Positions 18,807 through 28,888 of a stretch of DNA of 64,000 nucleotides are shown here, one piece after another. The first letter of the stretch is position 1. Every line of letters begins with the position of its first letter. The notes beneath the pieces were generated by a model. That model did no database searches. It saw only the letters and a program-made list of their open reading frames with translations, and was not told the DNA's origin. The DNA is from Candidatus Kapaibacterium sp. (GTDB lineage: Bacteria; Bacteroidota; Ignavibacteria; Kapaibacteriales; WFXC01). Location of the stretch: contig WFXC01000034.1 of assembly GCA_015490805.1 (NCBI GenBank), positions 24,656 through 88,655 of the forward strand. The letters run 5' to 3'. The translations under genes were made by a program, and so were the position numbers.

Positions 18807-18818
18807 TGTCCAGAAACA

Positions 18819-19664
18819 ATGCAGCGGCAGCCGGTCATATCCGTTCACAAAGTGGTGGTATCGGAGCAAACAGTGGAGGAGGAAGACGATCGGATCGCCG
18901 TTGAAGAGCCACTGGAGATTCAGGTCCGATCCGGGAAGCAGCGTCGATCGCTGGGTATTACGATGCGCACGCCCGGCAATGACAGTGAACTCAGCCTGGG
19001 CTTGCTGTATTCAGAAGGGGTTATTACAGCGAAACAGGATGTCCATAGCATTACACAGGTTGAACCAAATCTGGTCGTTGTGGAACTTACAACTACCATC
19101 CCGGAACAACCGTGGCGGATGACACAGTACCGTTCTACTGCCTGTGGCATTTGCGGCAGCGACGTTATTGACCGGGTGTTTCGCTCAGTTCGTCATCAGT
19201 TGCCTCCCATTCTCCTGACACCCGATGTCATCCGCACTGCCGTTGCCGCTGCTGCTCATTATCAACCATTGTTTCAAGCAACGGGGGGAACGCACGCAGC
19301 GTCCCTGTTCACGGCGCACGCCCAACACATTGCGACCTTCGAGGACGTTGGACGACACAACGCTGTTGATAAATTGATCGGTTTTATGTTTCAGCGGGGA
19401 AATATTCCCAACACAGAACCGCTGCTCTTAGTGTTGAGTGGGCGGGCAGGTTTCGAGTTGATCCATAAAGCTGTTCGAGCGGGCATTCCTGCTGTCTGCG
19501 CCATTGGTGCTCCTTCTTCACTGGCAGTCCATCTGGCGCAAGAAGCCGGGCTACTGCTTATAGCTTTTTGTCGCCACAACCGGTTCAACATTTACGCTGG
19601 CGGAGAACGGTGCAGCATTCAGGAGCGGAATCCGGAAAAGAAAGATGAAGAAGGCTTTTTGTAA
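18819..19664 (+). CDS. fdhD: formate dehydrogenase accessory sulfurtransferase FdhD
   Basis: Conserved 'STACGICGS' cysteine loop and 'EDVGRHNAVDK' motif. Confidence 0.75.
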   Translation: MQRQPVISVHKVVVSEQTVEEEDDRIAVEEPLEIQVRSGKQRRSLGITMRTPGNDSELSLGLLYSEGVITAKQDVHSITQVEPNLVVVELTTTIPEQPWRMTQYRSTACGICGSDVIDRVFRSVRHQLPPILLTPDVIRTAVAAAAHYQPLFQATGGTHAASLFTAHAQHIATFEDVGRHNAVDKLIGFMFQRGNIPNTEPLLLVLSGRAGFELIHKAVRAGIPAVCAIGAPSSLAVHLAQEAGLLLIAFCRHNRFNIYAGGERCSIQERNPEKKDEEGFL

Positions 19665-19743
19665 TGTTGGGTGCTTATTTCCGCAAAGTTTTGTAAATTA
19701 TTTTAAGTTTTGCAGGCAAACGGAAGCAAAAGAGGGCGTGTGA

Positions 19744-20217
19744 ATGAGGATAACGGGGACGAAACTTCTTCCCGCCAGTCCAGCAAAAGTGTGGCAAATT
19801 CTCCACGATCCTTCCGTACTCACCCAGGCAACTCCCGGCATTCAGCGCCTTACCCCTCTTGAGAGCGAGAGTGGACAGAAGTATGAGGCGGAATATGCGG
19901 TCAAGATTGGTCCGTTGAGTGGTAAGTTTACGGGGACGGTCGAAGTGCTGGATGTCGAGCCGCCTAATGCAATGGAGCTGCGAATGAAAGTACGCAGTAG
20001 TATCGGGAATGTAAACGCCACAGCGCGGATCGAGTTAACAGCAGCCGGTGAGAATACAACGGAAGTCCGGTATGAAGGCAGCGCGCAGTTAGGGGGAATG
20101 TTAATGTCAGTAGGGCAGCGCTTTGCTTTGCCGACAGCTAAAAAAATGATCGATGAATTCTTTGACAACCTGGCAAATATGATAAAGGCAGAAAACACAG
20201 ATCGTTCAACAAAGTAG
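19744..20217 (+). CDS. coxG: SRPBCC-fold CoxG-like carbon monoxide dehydrogenase subunit G family protein
   Basis: 157 aa with a CoxG-type N-terminus 'MRITGTKLLPASPAKVWQIL'. Confidence 0.7.
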   Translation: MRITGTKLLPASPAKVWQILHDPSVLTQATPGIQRLTPLESESGQKYEAEYAVKIGPLSGKFTGTVEVLDVEPPNAMELRMKVRSSIGNVNATARIELTAAGENTTEVRYEGSAQLGGMLMSVGQRFALPTAKKMIDEFFDNLANMIKAENTDRSTK

Positions 20218-20226
20218 GAGCTGAGA

Positions 20227-20697
20227 ATGGGAGTTCCGATCAAGGTAACGGTCAATGGCAGGCAGTATGAGGCGGAAGTTGATCCGCGAATGCTGCTGGT
20301 CCATTTTCTGCGTGATGTCCTGGATCTTACCGGAACGCACGTTGGATGTGACACCAGCAGTTGTGGTGCGTGTACAGTTATCCTGAACGGCAAAGCGGTA
20401 AAATCCTGCACCCTTTTAGCGGTTCAGGCTGATGGCGCTGAGATTCTTACAGTTGAAGGGCTGGAGCAGAATGGCAAGCTCCATCCAATTCAGGAAGGCT
20501 TTCGTGAAGAACACGGGTTGCAGTGCGGTTTCTGTACGCCCGGAATGATTATGACCGCTTACGACCTGTTACAGCGCAATCCCAATCCTTCGGAGGCAGA
20601 AATTCGTCACGCGCTGGAAGGAAATTTCTGTCGATGCACTGGCTATCAAAATATCGTGAAAGCCGTTCAGTATGCAGCCGCGAAAATGAGCAGTTGA
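20227..20697 (+). CDS. coxS: xanthine dehydrogenase family small subunit, [2Fe-2S]-binding (CoxS/CutS-like)
   Basis: '[12 protein letters not shown]' and 'CGFCTPGM' motifs. Confidence 0.85.
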   Translation: MGVPIKVTVNGRQYEAEVDPRMLLVHFLRDVLDLTGTHVGCDTSSCGACTVILNGKAVKSCTLLAVQADGAEILTVEGLEQNGKLHPIQEGFREEHGLQCGFCTPGMIMTAYDLLQRNPNPSEAEIRHALEGNFCRCTGYQNIVKAVQYAAAKMSS

Positions 20698-20714
20698 AAT
20701 AAACGAGGAGTGCA

Positions 20715-23096
20715 GTGATGACAACCTACGTCGGAAAACCCGTTCGGCGAGTTGAGGATCATCGGTTTATTACTGGTCGTGGACGCTACGTGGATGATAT
20801 CAAACTACCGGGAATGGTGTACGCTTATATTGTTCGCAGCCCATACGCTCACGCCAAAATTGTGTCCATTGATACCAGCCAGGCCAGCACAGCTCCCGGT
20901 GTTATTGCGGTGCTAACGGGGAAAGATCTGGAAGCGGACGGAATTGGTGGCTTACCCTGTGGCTGGCAGGTGAATTTCCGGGACGGAACGCAGATGAAAG
21001 AGCCCAGGCATCCGGTGATTGCTGTGGACAAGGTGCGACACGTTGGCGAACCCGTGGCGGTGATTATTGCTGAAACTCGCGAGCAGGCGAAAGATGCCGC
21101 TGAACTGTTGACGATTGAGTATGAAGAACTTCCTGCTGTGGTGGATCCCCAGAAAGCGGTAGAAGATGGTGCTCCCTTAGTGCACGATGATGCCCCGCGG
21201 AACTTAGCCTTTGACTGGGAAATTGGGGACAAGGCGAAGACGGAAGCGGCTTTTCAGGAAGCAGATCGAATTGTGGAATTAGAGCTGGAAAATCAGCGGT
21301 TAGTTCCCAATGCGATCGAGCCACGAGCAGCGATTGGGGATTATAATCCGGGAACAGATCATACGACCCTCTACACAACTTCCCAGAATCCACACCTGAT
21401 CCGGCTGCTGCTGTGCGCTTTTGTGATGGGATTGCCAGAGCATAAGGTTCGGGTCGTCTCCCCGGATGTTGGTGGTGGCTTTGGCAGCAAGATTTTCCAT
21501 TATAATGAAGAGGTCATCGTAACCTGGGCAGCGCGTAAGCTCAAGCGACCGGTCAAATGGACTGCCGAACGAAGTGAGAGTTTCGTTTCCGATCGACACG
21601 GTCGGGATCATCGAACAAAAGTGCAGTTGGCGTTGAAAAACGACGGGACGTTTCTTGGACTGAAAGTTCAAACTTATGCAAATCTTGGCGCGTATCTGTC
21701 GACCTTTGCGCCAGCTATTCCCACCTATCTGTACGGTACGCTGCTGCAGGGTGTTTACACCACACCGGCGATTTATTGCGAAGTTTATGGGGTGTTTACC
21801 CACACCGTTCCAGTCGACGCATACCGTGGCGCTGGTCGTCCCGAAGCCACCTATTTGCTGGAACGCATCGTCGATTTGGCAGCCCGGGAGCTCAATATGG
21901 ATCCTGCAGACATTCGCAAGAAGAATTTTATTCCGCCCTTTGATGGGATTGAACAGCCGGGATATCAAACGCAGGTTGCTTTGCAGTATGACAGTGGCAA
22001 TTATGAAGCGGCATTGAATCGGCTGCTGGAGATGGCGAATTACTCGGAGTGGCGGCGTAAGCAACAGGAGCTTCGTTCACAGGGACGATACATCGGACTG
22101 GGATTGGCGGCATATATTGAGGCGTGTGGTATCGCTCCGTCCGCTGTTGTCGGAGCGCTGGGAGCACGGGCAGGACTGTATGATAGCGCTACGGTGCGAG
22201 TGCATCCGACAGGAAAGGTTTCGGTATACGTTGGCGTCCACGCTCACGGGCAGGGGCACGAGACAACCTTTGCCCAGATAGTAGCTGACAAATTGGGTAT
22301 TGCACTGGAAGATGTTGAAATTGTGCACGGGGACACAGCAGAAATTCCCTTTGGAATGGGAACGTATGGTTCCCGCAGCCTGGCAGTCGGTGGCTCTGCT
22401 ATGGTGCGAGCGCTGGATAAAATTCTGGAAAAAGCGACGAAAATTGCGGCTCATCTGCTGGAAGCACCCGAAAGTGATCTGGAGTTTCGCGAAGGAAAGT
22501 GGTACGTGAAAGGAACCGAAAAATCCATTTCCTTCCCGGAGGTTGCGCTCGCCGCCTATGTTCCGCATAATTATCCTCCAGATCTGGAACCGGGATTGGA
22601 AGCGGAAAGTTTCTATGATCCTAAAAACTTTACTTTTCCCTTTGGCGCGCACTTAGCGGTAGTAGAAGTGGATCCAGAAACGGGTGAAGTGAAGTTGCTG
22701 GATTATTATGCCGTCGATGATTTCGGTAATGTCGTAAATCCGCTGGTTGTCGAAGGGCAAGTGCACGGTGGTATTGTCCAGGGTGTTGGACAGGCGCTGT
22801 ACGAGGAAGCCCGGTATGATGAAAACGGGCAATTGCTTACAGGAACGTTCCTGGAATACGCAATGCCGAGAGCGGATGAATTCCCGATGTTTAAGGTCGA
22901 TCATACGGTCACGCCGTGTCCGCATAACCCACTGGGCGCCAAAGGTGCTGGTGAAACCGGGACCATTGCAGCAACGGCTGCTGTTGCCAATGCAGTCGCA
23001 GATGCGTTGCAACCGTTTGGTGTGAAACACGTACCGATGCCAATGACGCCGCAGCGGGTGTGGACCGCTATTCAAGCCAGTCAGCAAGTATCATAA
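20715..23096 (+). CDS. coxL: xanthine dehydrogenase family molybdopterin-binding large subunit, form-II CoxL-like (AYRGAGR active-site loop)
   Basis: 793 aa; '[14 protein letters not shown]' distinguishes it from the form-I 'AYRCSFR' signature. Confidence 0.85.
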   Translation: MMTTYVGKPVRRVEDHRFITGRGRYVDDIKLPGMVYAYIVRSPYAHAKIVSIDTSQASTAPGVIAVLTGKDLEADGIGGLPCGWQVNFRDGTQMKEPRHPVIAVDKVRHVGEPVAVIIAETREQAKDAAELLTIEYEELPAVVDPQKAVEDGAPLVHDDAPRNLAFDWEIGDKAKTEAAFQEADRIVELELENQRLVPNAIEPRAAIGDYNPGTDHTTLYTTSQNPHLIRLLLCAFVMGLPEHKVRVVSPDVGGGFGSKIFHYNEEVIVTWAARKLKRPVKWTAERSESFVSDRHGRDHRTKVQLALKNDGTFLGLKVQTYANLGAYLSTFAPAIPTYLYGTLLQGVYTTPAIYCEVYGVFTHTVPVDAYRGAGRPEATYLLERIVDLAARELNMDPADIRKKNFIPPFDGIEQPGYQTQVALQYDSGNYEAALNRLLEMANYSEWRRKQQELRSQGRYIGLGLAAYIEACGIAPSAVVGALGARAGLYDSATVRVHPTGKVSVYVGVHAHGQGHETTFAQIVADKLGIALEDVEIVHGDTAEIPFGMGTYGSRSLAVGGSAMVRALDKILEKATKIAAHLLEAPESDLEFREGKWYVKGTEKSISFPEVALAAYVPHNYPPDLEPGLEAESFYDPKNFTFPFGAHLAVVEVDPETGEVKLLDYYAVDDFGNVVNPLVVEGQVHGGIVQGVGQALYEEARYDENGQLLTGTFLEYAMPRADEFPMFKVDHTVTPCPHNPLGAKGAGETGTIAATAAVANAVADALQPFGVKHVPMPMTPQRVWTAIQASQQVS

Positions 23097-23113
23097 CTGG
23101 GGAGATAGAAGCA

Positions 23114-23971
23114 ATGTTTCCTGCATCCTTTGATTATCGCGTCGCTGAAAGCATCGATGAGGCTATCTCACTCTACCAGTCTGCCGATGGAGAAGCGCGA
23201 TACTTAGCCGGTGGCCACAGTCTCATCCCGGCGATGAAGCTTCGTCTGGCACGTCCCAGCCGACTGATTGACATCCGACCCATCGAGCAACTCCGGTATA
23301 TCCGCGTAGGCGACGATGGCGCTGTGCACATTGGCAGCCTGACCACGCACGCCGAGATCGCTGCCTCGGATGTGATTGCTCAGCACGCACCGTTGTTAGC
23401 GCAGGCTGCGAAGGTGATTGGTGATGTCCAGGTTCGCAATATGGGAACGATTGGTGGGAGTCTGGCACACAATGATCCGGGAGCGGATTATCCAGCAGCC
23501 GTTTTGGCTTTAGAGGCGACGATTACGGTGCAGGGTCCAAACGGAACACGGCGCATTGCAGCAGCGGATTTCTTGAAGGATATGTATGAAACCGCCTTAG
23601 AACCGGGCGAAATCATCGTGGATGTTGCTGTGCCTTCTTATTCGGGCTGGAAAAGCACGTACGTCAAATTCTTCCATCCGGCTTCTCGCTATGCAGTTGT
23701 CGGTGTTGCCATTCTGGCAAACGCCGATGGCAATCAGGTACAGGATATCCGGATTGCTTACAATGGCGTTGCCAGTTGTGCCTTCCGGGATACGGCTGCG
23801 GAAAATGTCCTGAAGGGGACAACTGTTACAGATACAGCGATCGCTGAGGCAGCAAATGCTGCATTGAATGGAGTCGATGCCTTATCCGACCATTTTGCCT
23901 CTGCTGAGTTTCGGAAGCACATTGGTCGCGTCTATCTGAAGCGAGCACTGCAAGGACTTTTTGCAGGATAA
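23114..23971 (+). CDS. coxM: xanthine dehydrogenase family FAD-binding medium subunit (CoxM/CutM-like)
   Basis: 'MFPASFDY...AGGHSLIP' FAD-binding domain. The start at 23114 has an upstream GGGGAGATAGAAG RBS; the ORF track gives 23060. Confidence 0.8.
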   Translation: MFPASFDYRVAESIDEAISLYQSADGEARYLAGGHSLIPAMKLRLARPSRLIDIRPIEQLRYIRVGDDGAVHIGSLTTHAEIAASDVIAQHAPLLAQAAKVIGDVQVRNMGTIGGSLAHNDPGADYPAAVLALEATITVQGPNGTRRIAAADFLKDMYETALEPGEIIVDVAVPSYSGWKSTYVKFFHPASRYAVVGVAILANADGNQVQDIRIAYNGVASCAFRDTAAENVLKGTTVTDTAIAEAANAALNGVDALSDHFASAEFRKHIGRVYLKRALQGLFAG

Positions 23972-23986
23972 GGGGCGCTTGGAATA

Positions 23987-24032
23987 GGGAAGGGAGTTCC
24001 GGCATCGGGCAGGGGTGTCGGAATTCCCTCCT
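23987..24032 (+). terminator. imperfect 14-bp-arm hairpin downstream of coxM (possible terminator/attenuator)
   Basis: GAAGGGAGTTCCGG ... TCGGAATTCCCTCC inverted repeat followed by CTTTGATAT; T-tract weak. Confidence 0.3.
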
Positions 24033-24045
24033 TTGATATGCACCG

Positions 24046-24717
24046 ATGATGGAATTTCCCCAGCCTGCGACGATCCAGGAAGCCATTGCCATTCAACAGC
24101 AGTTGCAACGGCAGGTTCGAATCTATGACGATTTTGCAACCCTCCTGCGGATTGGGGCAGTGGATGTAAGTTACAGCAAGAAAACGAACCGTGCGTATGC
24201 GACTTATGCCATTTTTCGCTTGCCCGCTTTAACCCTTGAGGCTGTCTACCGCCATTCGGCTGAGGTAACATTTCCGTACGTGCCGGGGCTTTTGTCATTC
24301 CGAGAAATTCCCGTTTTACTTCCCATTTTTCAACACGGAGCTTCCCTGCCAGATTTACTGCTGGTCGATGGACAGGGCATTGCCCATCCTCGATTCTTCG
24401 GTATCGCTGCCCATCTGGGCATTGTGCTGGATGTGCCTGCCATTGGATGTGCGAAAAGCCGATTGGTTGGTGTCCACAAGCCGGTTGGTGTCGTTCGGGG
24501 AAGTTATCAGTGGCTTTTTTACAAACATCGGATTGTCGGAGCCGTGCTCCGCAGTCGTACGAAGGTGCGCCCGTTGTATATCTCGCCGGGACATCGGGTG
24601 TCTATTCCTACTGCTGTCCAATTGGTCCAGCGGTGGATCAGCCGAACCCGATTGCCGGATCCAATCCGATTTGTGGACCAGCAAACCAGGCACTATCGGC
24701 AACAGTTAGAAGCATAG
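24046..24717 (+). CDS. nfi: endonuclease V (deoxyinosine 3'-endonuclease)
   Basis: 'GAVDVSY...LLVDGQGIAHPRFFGIAAHLG' catalytic core. Confidence 0.8.
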   Translation: MMEFPQPATIQEAIAIQQQLQRQVRIYDDFATLLRIGAVDVSYSKKTNRAYATYAIFRLPALTLEAVYRHSAEVTFPYVPGLLSFREIPVLLPIFQHGASLPDLLLVDGQGIAHPRFFGIAAHLGIVLDVPAIGCAKSRLVGVHKPVGVVRGSYQWLFYKHRIVGAVLRSRTKVRPLYISPGHRVSIPTAVQLVQRWISRTRLPDPIRFVDQQTRHYRQQLEA

Positions 24718-24812
24718 CCGGTATCTGAGGATTGCTTTTTGTGGAACTTTTTTCCGGGAAATTCGTATATTGGGCGAAGGTTGGCAGAATAATGAGAGGG
24801 ACATAGGTAGCG

Positions 24813-25673
24813 ATGGCAGAAATCTTAGGACTGGCACTGGTTCTGGCAGTGGTCGTTATCCTGAGTCGCGGCATTCGGATTGTCCCGCAGGGGAGTGAAT
24901 GGGTAGTGGAGCGATTGGGGAAATTCCACAAAGTCTTAAAGCCCGGATTTCATATCATTATCCCGATTGTAGACCGGGTGGCGTATAAAGTGCCTACCAA
25001 AGAACTGATTTTAGACATTCCATCGCAGGAGGTAATTACGAAGGACAACGCAGTTGTTCGGACAAATGCCGTTGTGTTTGTCAAAGTGACTGATCCAATC
25101 AAGGCGGTGTACAACATCGAAAATTTCCGGGCAGCGGCTGCCAATTTGACGATGACAACACTGCGGGCGGTCATCGGCGAAATGAATCTGGATGAGGCAT
25201 TGTATTCTCGCGAACGAATTAAAGGGGAGATCAAGCGACGAATTTCCGATGAATTTGCAACGTGGGGAATGACGCTGAACACAGTAGAAATTCAGGATAT
25301 TCTGCCGTCGGATGCATTGCAACGGGCAATGGATCAGCAGGCAGCAGCAGAACGGCAGCGGAAAGCGCTGGTGATCAAAGCAGAAGGAGAAAAGGAAGCT
25401 CACCGGTTGAAAGCGGAAGGGGAAATGCTGGCAGCAGAGCGGCAGGCGAAAGCTCAGATTGAGCTGGCAAAAGCCAGTAAGGAAGCCATTGAGCTGGTCG
25501 CAGCAGCGATTCAGAACAGGGGTACTGAACCGGTGGTATATTTATTGGGACAGAAATACATCGAAACGTTGACAGAGCTGACAAAGAGTTCCAACGGAAA
25601 GTTTATCCTTCTGCCAGCGGATATTATGGCAACGGTGCAGCGATTATTTGGTGGCACTCAACAGAAGTCTTAA
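24813..25673 (+). CDS. SPFH/band-7 (stomatin-prohibitin-like) membrane protein
   Basis: N-terminal TM helix, SPFH domain and an Ala/Glu-rich coiled coil 'AAERQRKALVIKAEGEKEA'. Confidence 0.8.
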   Translation: MAEILGLALVLAVVVILSRGIRIVPQGSEWVVERLGKFHKVLKPGFHIIIPIVDRVAYKVPTKELILDIPSQEVITKDNAVVRTNAVVFVKVTDPIKAVYNIENFRAAAANLTMTTLRAVIGEMNLDEALYSRERIKGEIKRRISDEFATWGMTLNTVEIQDILPSDALQRAMDQQAAAERQRKALVIKAEGEKEAHRLKAEGEMLAAERQAKAQIELAKASKEAIELVAAAIQNRGTEPVVYLLGQKYIETLTELTKSSNGKFILLPADIMATVQRLFGGTQQKS

Positions 25674-25676
25674 ACA

Positions 25677-26228
25677 ATGGTAGAACGATGGTTGATCTGG
25701 GTGGTCGCCGGCATTTTGCTGATTTTGCTGGAGATTTTTGCCCCTTCCTTCTTCCTGCTGTTTCTGGGCATTGCTGCTATTTTGACAGGGATTGTCAGTG
25801 GATTTCTGGACCTATCAGTGGCAGCAGAATTGATTATTTTCAGTATTCTGGCGGTGGTGAATACCCTTCTGTGGGCACTCTTCGTTCGACCCCGATTAAA
25901 GTATGCTGCGGGGACATCGCAAGATGAGTATATCGGTACGCCGGGGGTGGCGGTCACGGACATTGATTCCCAGGGCGGACAGGTAATGTTAGATACTCCA
26001 GCGGTCGGGAGTCGGTTGTGGGAAGCATTTGCCGATCAACCTATTTCCCGGGGAACCAAAGTGCTTCTGGTGCGTATCACTGGCAATCGGTTATATGTGA
26101 AACCCTATTCGCCGGAAGAAGCCGAACGCTTGCAGGCACAGTCGGAAACGGATCAGCATTTGCTCCCGCTACAACGCAAGTTTTCGGATTTGTTAAAAGA
26201 TTTTCTGGATGAGGTTTTCTCAAAGTGA
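25677..26228 (+). CDS. NfeD-family membrane protein (short form, partner of SPFH protein)
   Basis: Two N-terminal TM helices and a C-terminal OB-fold-like domain. Lies 3 bp after the SPFH gene. Confidence 0.65.
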   Translation: MVERWLIWVVAGILLILLEIFAPSFFLLFLGIAAILTGIVSGFLDLSVAAELIIFSILAVVNTLLWALFVRPRLKYAAGTSQDEYIGTPGVAVTDIDSQGGQVMLDTPAVGSRLWEAFADQPISRGTKVLLVRITGNRLYVKPYSPEEAERLQAQSETDQHLLPLQRKFSDLLKDFLDEVFSK

Positions 26229-26282
26229 TTTTTCTGTCGCTTCAGGATGACTCCGCTTTTTCGTGACGCTTTCAATCGGCAG

Positions 26283-27887
26283 CTAATTGGTAGCTCCATA
26301 ATCCCGGTGATCAGGAAACAAAGCGTGTAGTTTCGAGAAGAACGGCTGCGGCAGCGAACGCAGGGGTAATGGTCCAGTCAGTGCAGGCGGTGCTAAGGAC
26401 GGCGGTAAAGGGAGGAGGGCTAAGAAAGCAGTAATTTGATCTTCCAGGTCTTTGTAGTGGGAAATATGACGTCCACTAAAGAGAATGGTGAAAGCAAAGA
26501 CCGTCCCGCTTCGGTTCAGAATATAACCCGCTAAGCCGCTCACGTTACGCAATGTTCCGGTCTTCCCAAAAATGGCGCCAGCCGCCGGATGAAAGCGCAG
26601 CCGTTTGCGAAGTGTTCCGATTCTGCCAGCAACGCTGAGCGAGCGGATAAAGAGATCGGCGTACGGTTTCTGCGGAATCGTTGCCAATAAATCTGTTACT
26701 GCCCGTGCTGCTAACTGGTTGCGCCGTGAGAGTCCAGAACCATCGCGGAACTGGCATTGGGAACATACGATGTCGTTGGAACTGAGAAACTGCTGAAGGT
26801 ATAATCGAGCTTTCGCTGCATTCGTATGGAAGCGGAAGCTACTGAGGTAGCCACCGATCATTTTGAACAACTGTTCGGCGTAGTAATTGTCGCTTTCGTG
26901 GTTAATCGCTTCGATCAGCTTTGCCAGCGGGTGGTGGATATGAGCCAGAATCACGGCAGGATTTGTAAGCGATCGGCGCTGTACCACTCCTTCTATCCGG
27001 ATACCGCGCTGGTAACACGCCGTTTTCAGTAACTCACCTGCTATCAGATCTGGAAATTCCATATAAACCCGCTTACGAACCACCCGGCGGCGCGATATTT
27101 TCCCGTATACAATCAACTGCTGCCGTCCCGATGGCAGGATTCTGGACCGTACTTTGATCCGGCGGCTGCTGTACCGACCGGATCGAGTCACTGCCCGGTT
27201 GAGAACCTGCACCCGGTGGGTTGGGGGAAAAACGGCAACCTTCGGACGTCGTCCCGACCTGGAAGCACCCGTAATTTGCACAATGAAGGAGTTTCGTTCG
27301 ATGGGAAGCCCCGTGATTGGAGGCGTCGATTGCACAATTTCTCGATCGCCGCTATAGGCACGTCGCTGAACCAGCGAATCGAAGAAAGAGGCGTCCACGT
27401 AAAGGTTGCCAGTGACGTGGCGGATGCCTTTTGCCGCAAGTTGCCGCGCCAGAGAATCCAGGTCGGCGACAGTGAGTAAAGGATCACCACTGCCTACTAA
27501 GTAAAGATTGCCACGATAGATGGAGTCTCCAGACCAGAGGGTATCACCGTACAGCAAGGTTGGCATCTGGAAATCTTTTCCTAAGAGTTCCAGTGCCGCA
27601 GCGGTAATGAATAGCTTATTGATGGATGCCGGAACCATCGGTTCCTCAACATTGCGCTGATAGAGAGGAATATTCTCCGGTAGCAGGCGAATATCGAGAG
27701 CAAATCGAGCCGTTCGAGCGTATGGTGAATGGCGGAGAATGGAATCGATTCCTCGCTCAATCTGCTGCTGTAACTGCCGTAATGCATTGGGGCTCTGCTC
27801 ACGAGGCTGAGAGGGGGCAGTCCATTGGATGGCAGTAAACCAGCAAAGCAGTAGAATGCCCCATTGTATCCGGTACGGCCGCATCAC
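26283..27887 (-). CDS. dacB: D-alanyl-D-alanine carboxypeptidase/endopeptidase (PBP4, peptidase S13)
   Basis: 'SINKLF' (SxxK) and 'KTGTL' (KTG) motifs; signal peptide. Confidence 0.75.
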   Translation of the reverse strand: MMRPYRIQWGILLLCWFTAIQWTAPSQPREQSPNALRQLQQQIERGIDSILRHSPYARTARFALDIRLLPENIPLYQRNVEEPMVPASINKLFITAAALELLGKDFQMPTLLYGDTLWSGDSIYRGNLYLVGSGDPLLTVADLDSLARQLAAKGIRHVTGNLYVDASFFDSLVQRRAYSGDREIVQSTPPITGLPIERNSFIVQITGASRSGRRPKVAVFPPTHRVQVLNRAVTRSGRYSSRRIKVRSRILPSGRQQLIVYGKISRRRVVRKRVYMEFPDLIAGELLKTACYQRGIRIEGVVQRRSLTNPAVILAHIHHPLAKLIEAINHESDNYYAEQLFKMIGGYLSSFRFHTNAAKARLYLQQFLSSNDIVCSQCQFRDGSGLSRRNQLAARAVTDLLATIPQKPYADLFIRSLSVAGRIGTLRKRLRFHPAAGAIFGKTGTLRNVSGLAGYILNRSGTVFAFTILFSGRHISHYKDLEDQITAFLALLPLPPSLAPPALTGPLPLRSLPQPFFSKLHALFPDHRDYGATN

Positions 27888-28888
27888 GTCATCGGTTTTT
27901 GTTGAGTTTCCAGAATGCGAAAATACTGGTTTGCAATGATTTCTGCAATGGCATCTGGATCTTCACTTTCAATCCAGAAAGTAGAAGGGGCGTATTTTTT
28001 GAACCACGTCTGCTGCCGCTTTGCATACCGTCGCGTTGCCCGTTGAATTTGCGCAATAGCGGTTTCCAGAGAGATGCGATTCTCCAGGTAGTCGATGATC
28101 TCTTTGTAGCCCATCGTTTGCAGAGCAGGCAAAGCGGGATCGTAACCTCGGTTTAGAATGTCCTGAACTTCAGCGACCAGCCCCTGATCGATCATATCAT
28201 ACACCCGGTTATTGATTCGCTCATAGAGGCGTGATCGTTCAAGTTTGATGCCAAAATACAGCGGCTGAAAAGGGGGAGGCTGGCGACGTTGTTGCGCTCT
28301 GGACAGGGGAATGCCCGTAGCCAGATAGAATTCCAGGGCGCGGATAATGCGGCGTGGATTACGGTCTGCATACCGGCGTGCAGCGACCGGGTCGACCTGT
28401 TGGAGTTTTTCGTATAGCGGCATAATTCCCTGCTCGCGCCACTGTTTTTCAAGTTTCGCTCTATATTCAGCAATTTTTTTTCGTGGATACCGGGAAAAAT
28501 CGAAAATACCTTCACACAGAGCATAAATGTAAAGCCCTGAGCCACCAACGATAGCCGGGATCTTGCCGCGTTCCCGGAGACGAGGGATCAGGGTGCGAGC
28601 GGATGCTGCGAATTCTCCTGCACTATACTGGTCCGTGATCTCGATAATGTCAATGAAATGGTGAGGACACTGCTGTTGCTGCTGAGCTGTTGGTTTTGCT
28701 GTGCCGATGTCCATCAGGCGATAGATTTGCCGTGAGTCGGCAGAGATAACCTCGATCGGCAATCGGCGAGCCAGCGCGACGGCTGCTGCTGTCTTTCCGG
28801 AGGCTGTCGGACCCAGAAGCACGATGACGGGTGGGCGGTCGGGCAGTGGCATCAAACGGTTGAGGACCGAAGTGGGACGAAACTGCAC
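27884..28888 (-). CDS. miaA: tRNA dimethylallyltransferase
   Basis: 'VIVLLGPTASGKTAAAVALARRL...VISADSRQIYRLMDIGTAKP'. The true start is probably the internal Met (MPLPDRPP), about 36 nt downstream of the ORF-track start. Confidence 0.85.
   Translation of the reverse strand: MQFRPTSVLNRLMPLPDRPPVIVLLGPTASGKTAAAVALARRLPIEVISADSRQIYRLMDIGTAKPTAQQQQQCPHHFIDIIEITDQYSAGEFAASARTLIPRLRERGKIPAIVGGSGLYIYALCEGIFDFSRYPRKKIAEYRAKLEKQWREQGIMPLYEKLQQVDPVAARRYADRNPRRIIRALEFYLATGIPLSRAQQRRQPPPFQPLYFGIKLERSRLYERINNRVYDMIDQGLVAEVQDILNRGYDPALPALQTMGYKEIIDYLENRISLETAIAQIQRATRRYAKRQQTWFKKYAPSTFWIESEDPDAIAEIIANQYFRILETQQKPMT

Noticed and set aside
21300-22064. 254-aa ORF on the minus strand inside coxL; similar long antisense ORFs at 45411-46322 (inside the HDAC-family gene), 48343-48960 (inside purL) and 5313-5924 (inside motB)
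   Set aside because: Each lies entirely antisense to a gene with strong, conserved family motifs on the other strand. The translations are low-complexity and Arg/Cys-rich, typical of GC-rich antisense frames. No start context or motif supports them.
24718-24812. Promoter motif upstream of the SPFH gene ('CGTATATTGGGCG')
   Set aside because: It does not fit either the TAnnTTTG or the TATAAT consensus well enough to call.
26229-26282. Possible terminator hairpin between convergent nfeD and dacB
   Set aside because: Only short, imperfect complementarity (GTCGC.../...GTGACGC) and no T-tract, so it is not convincing.
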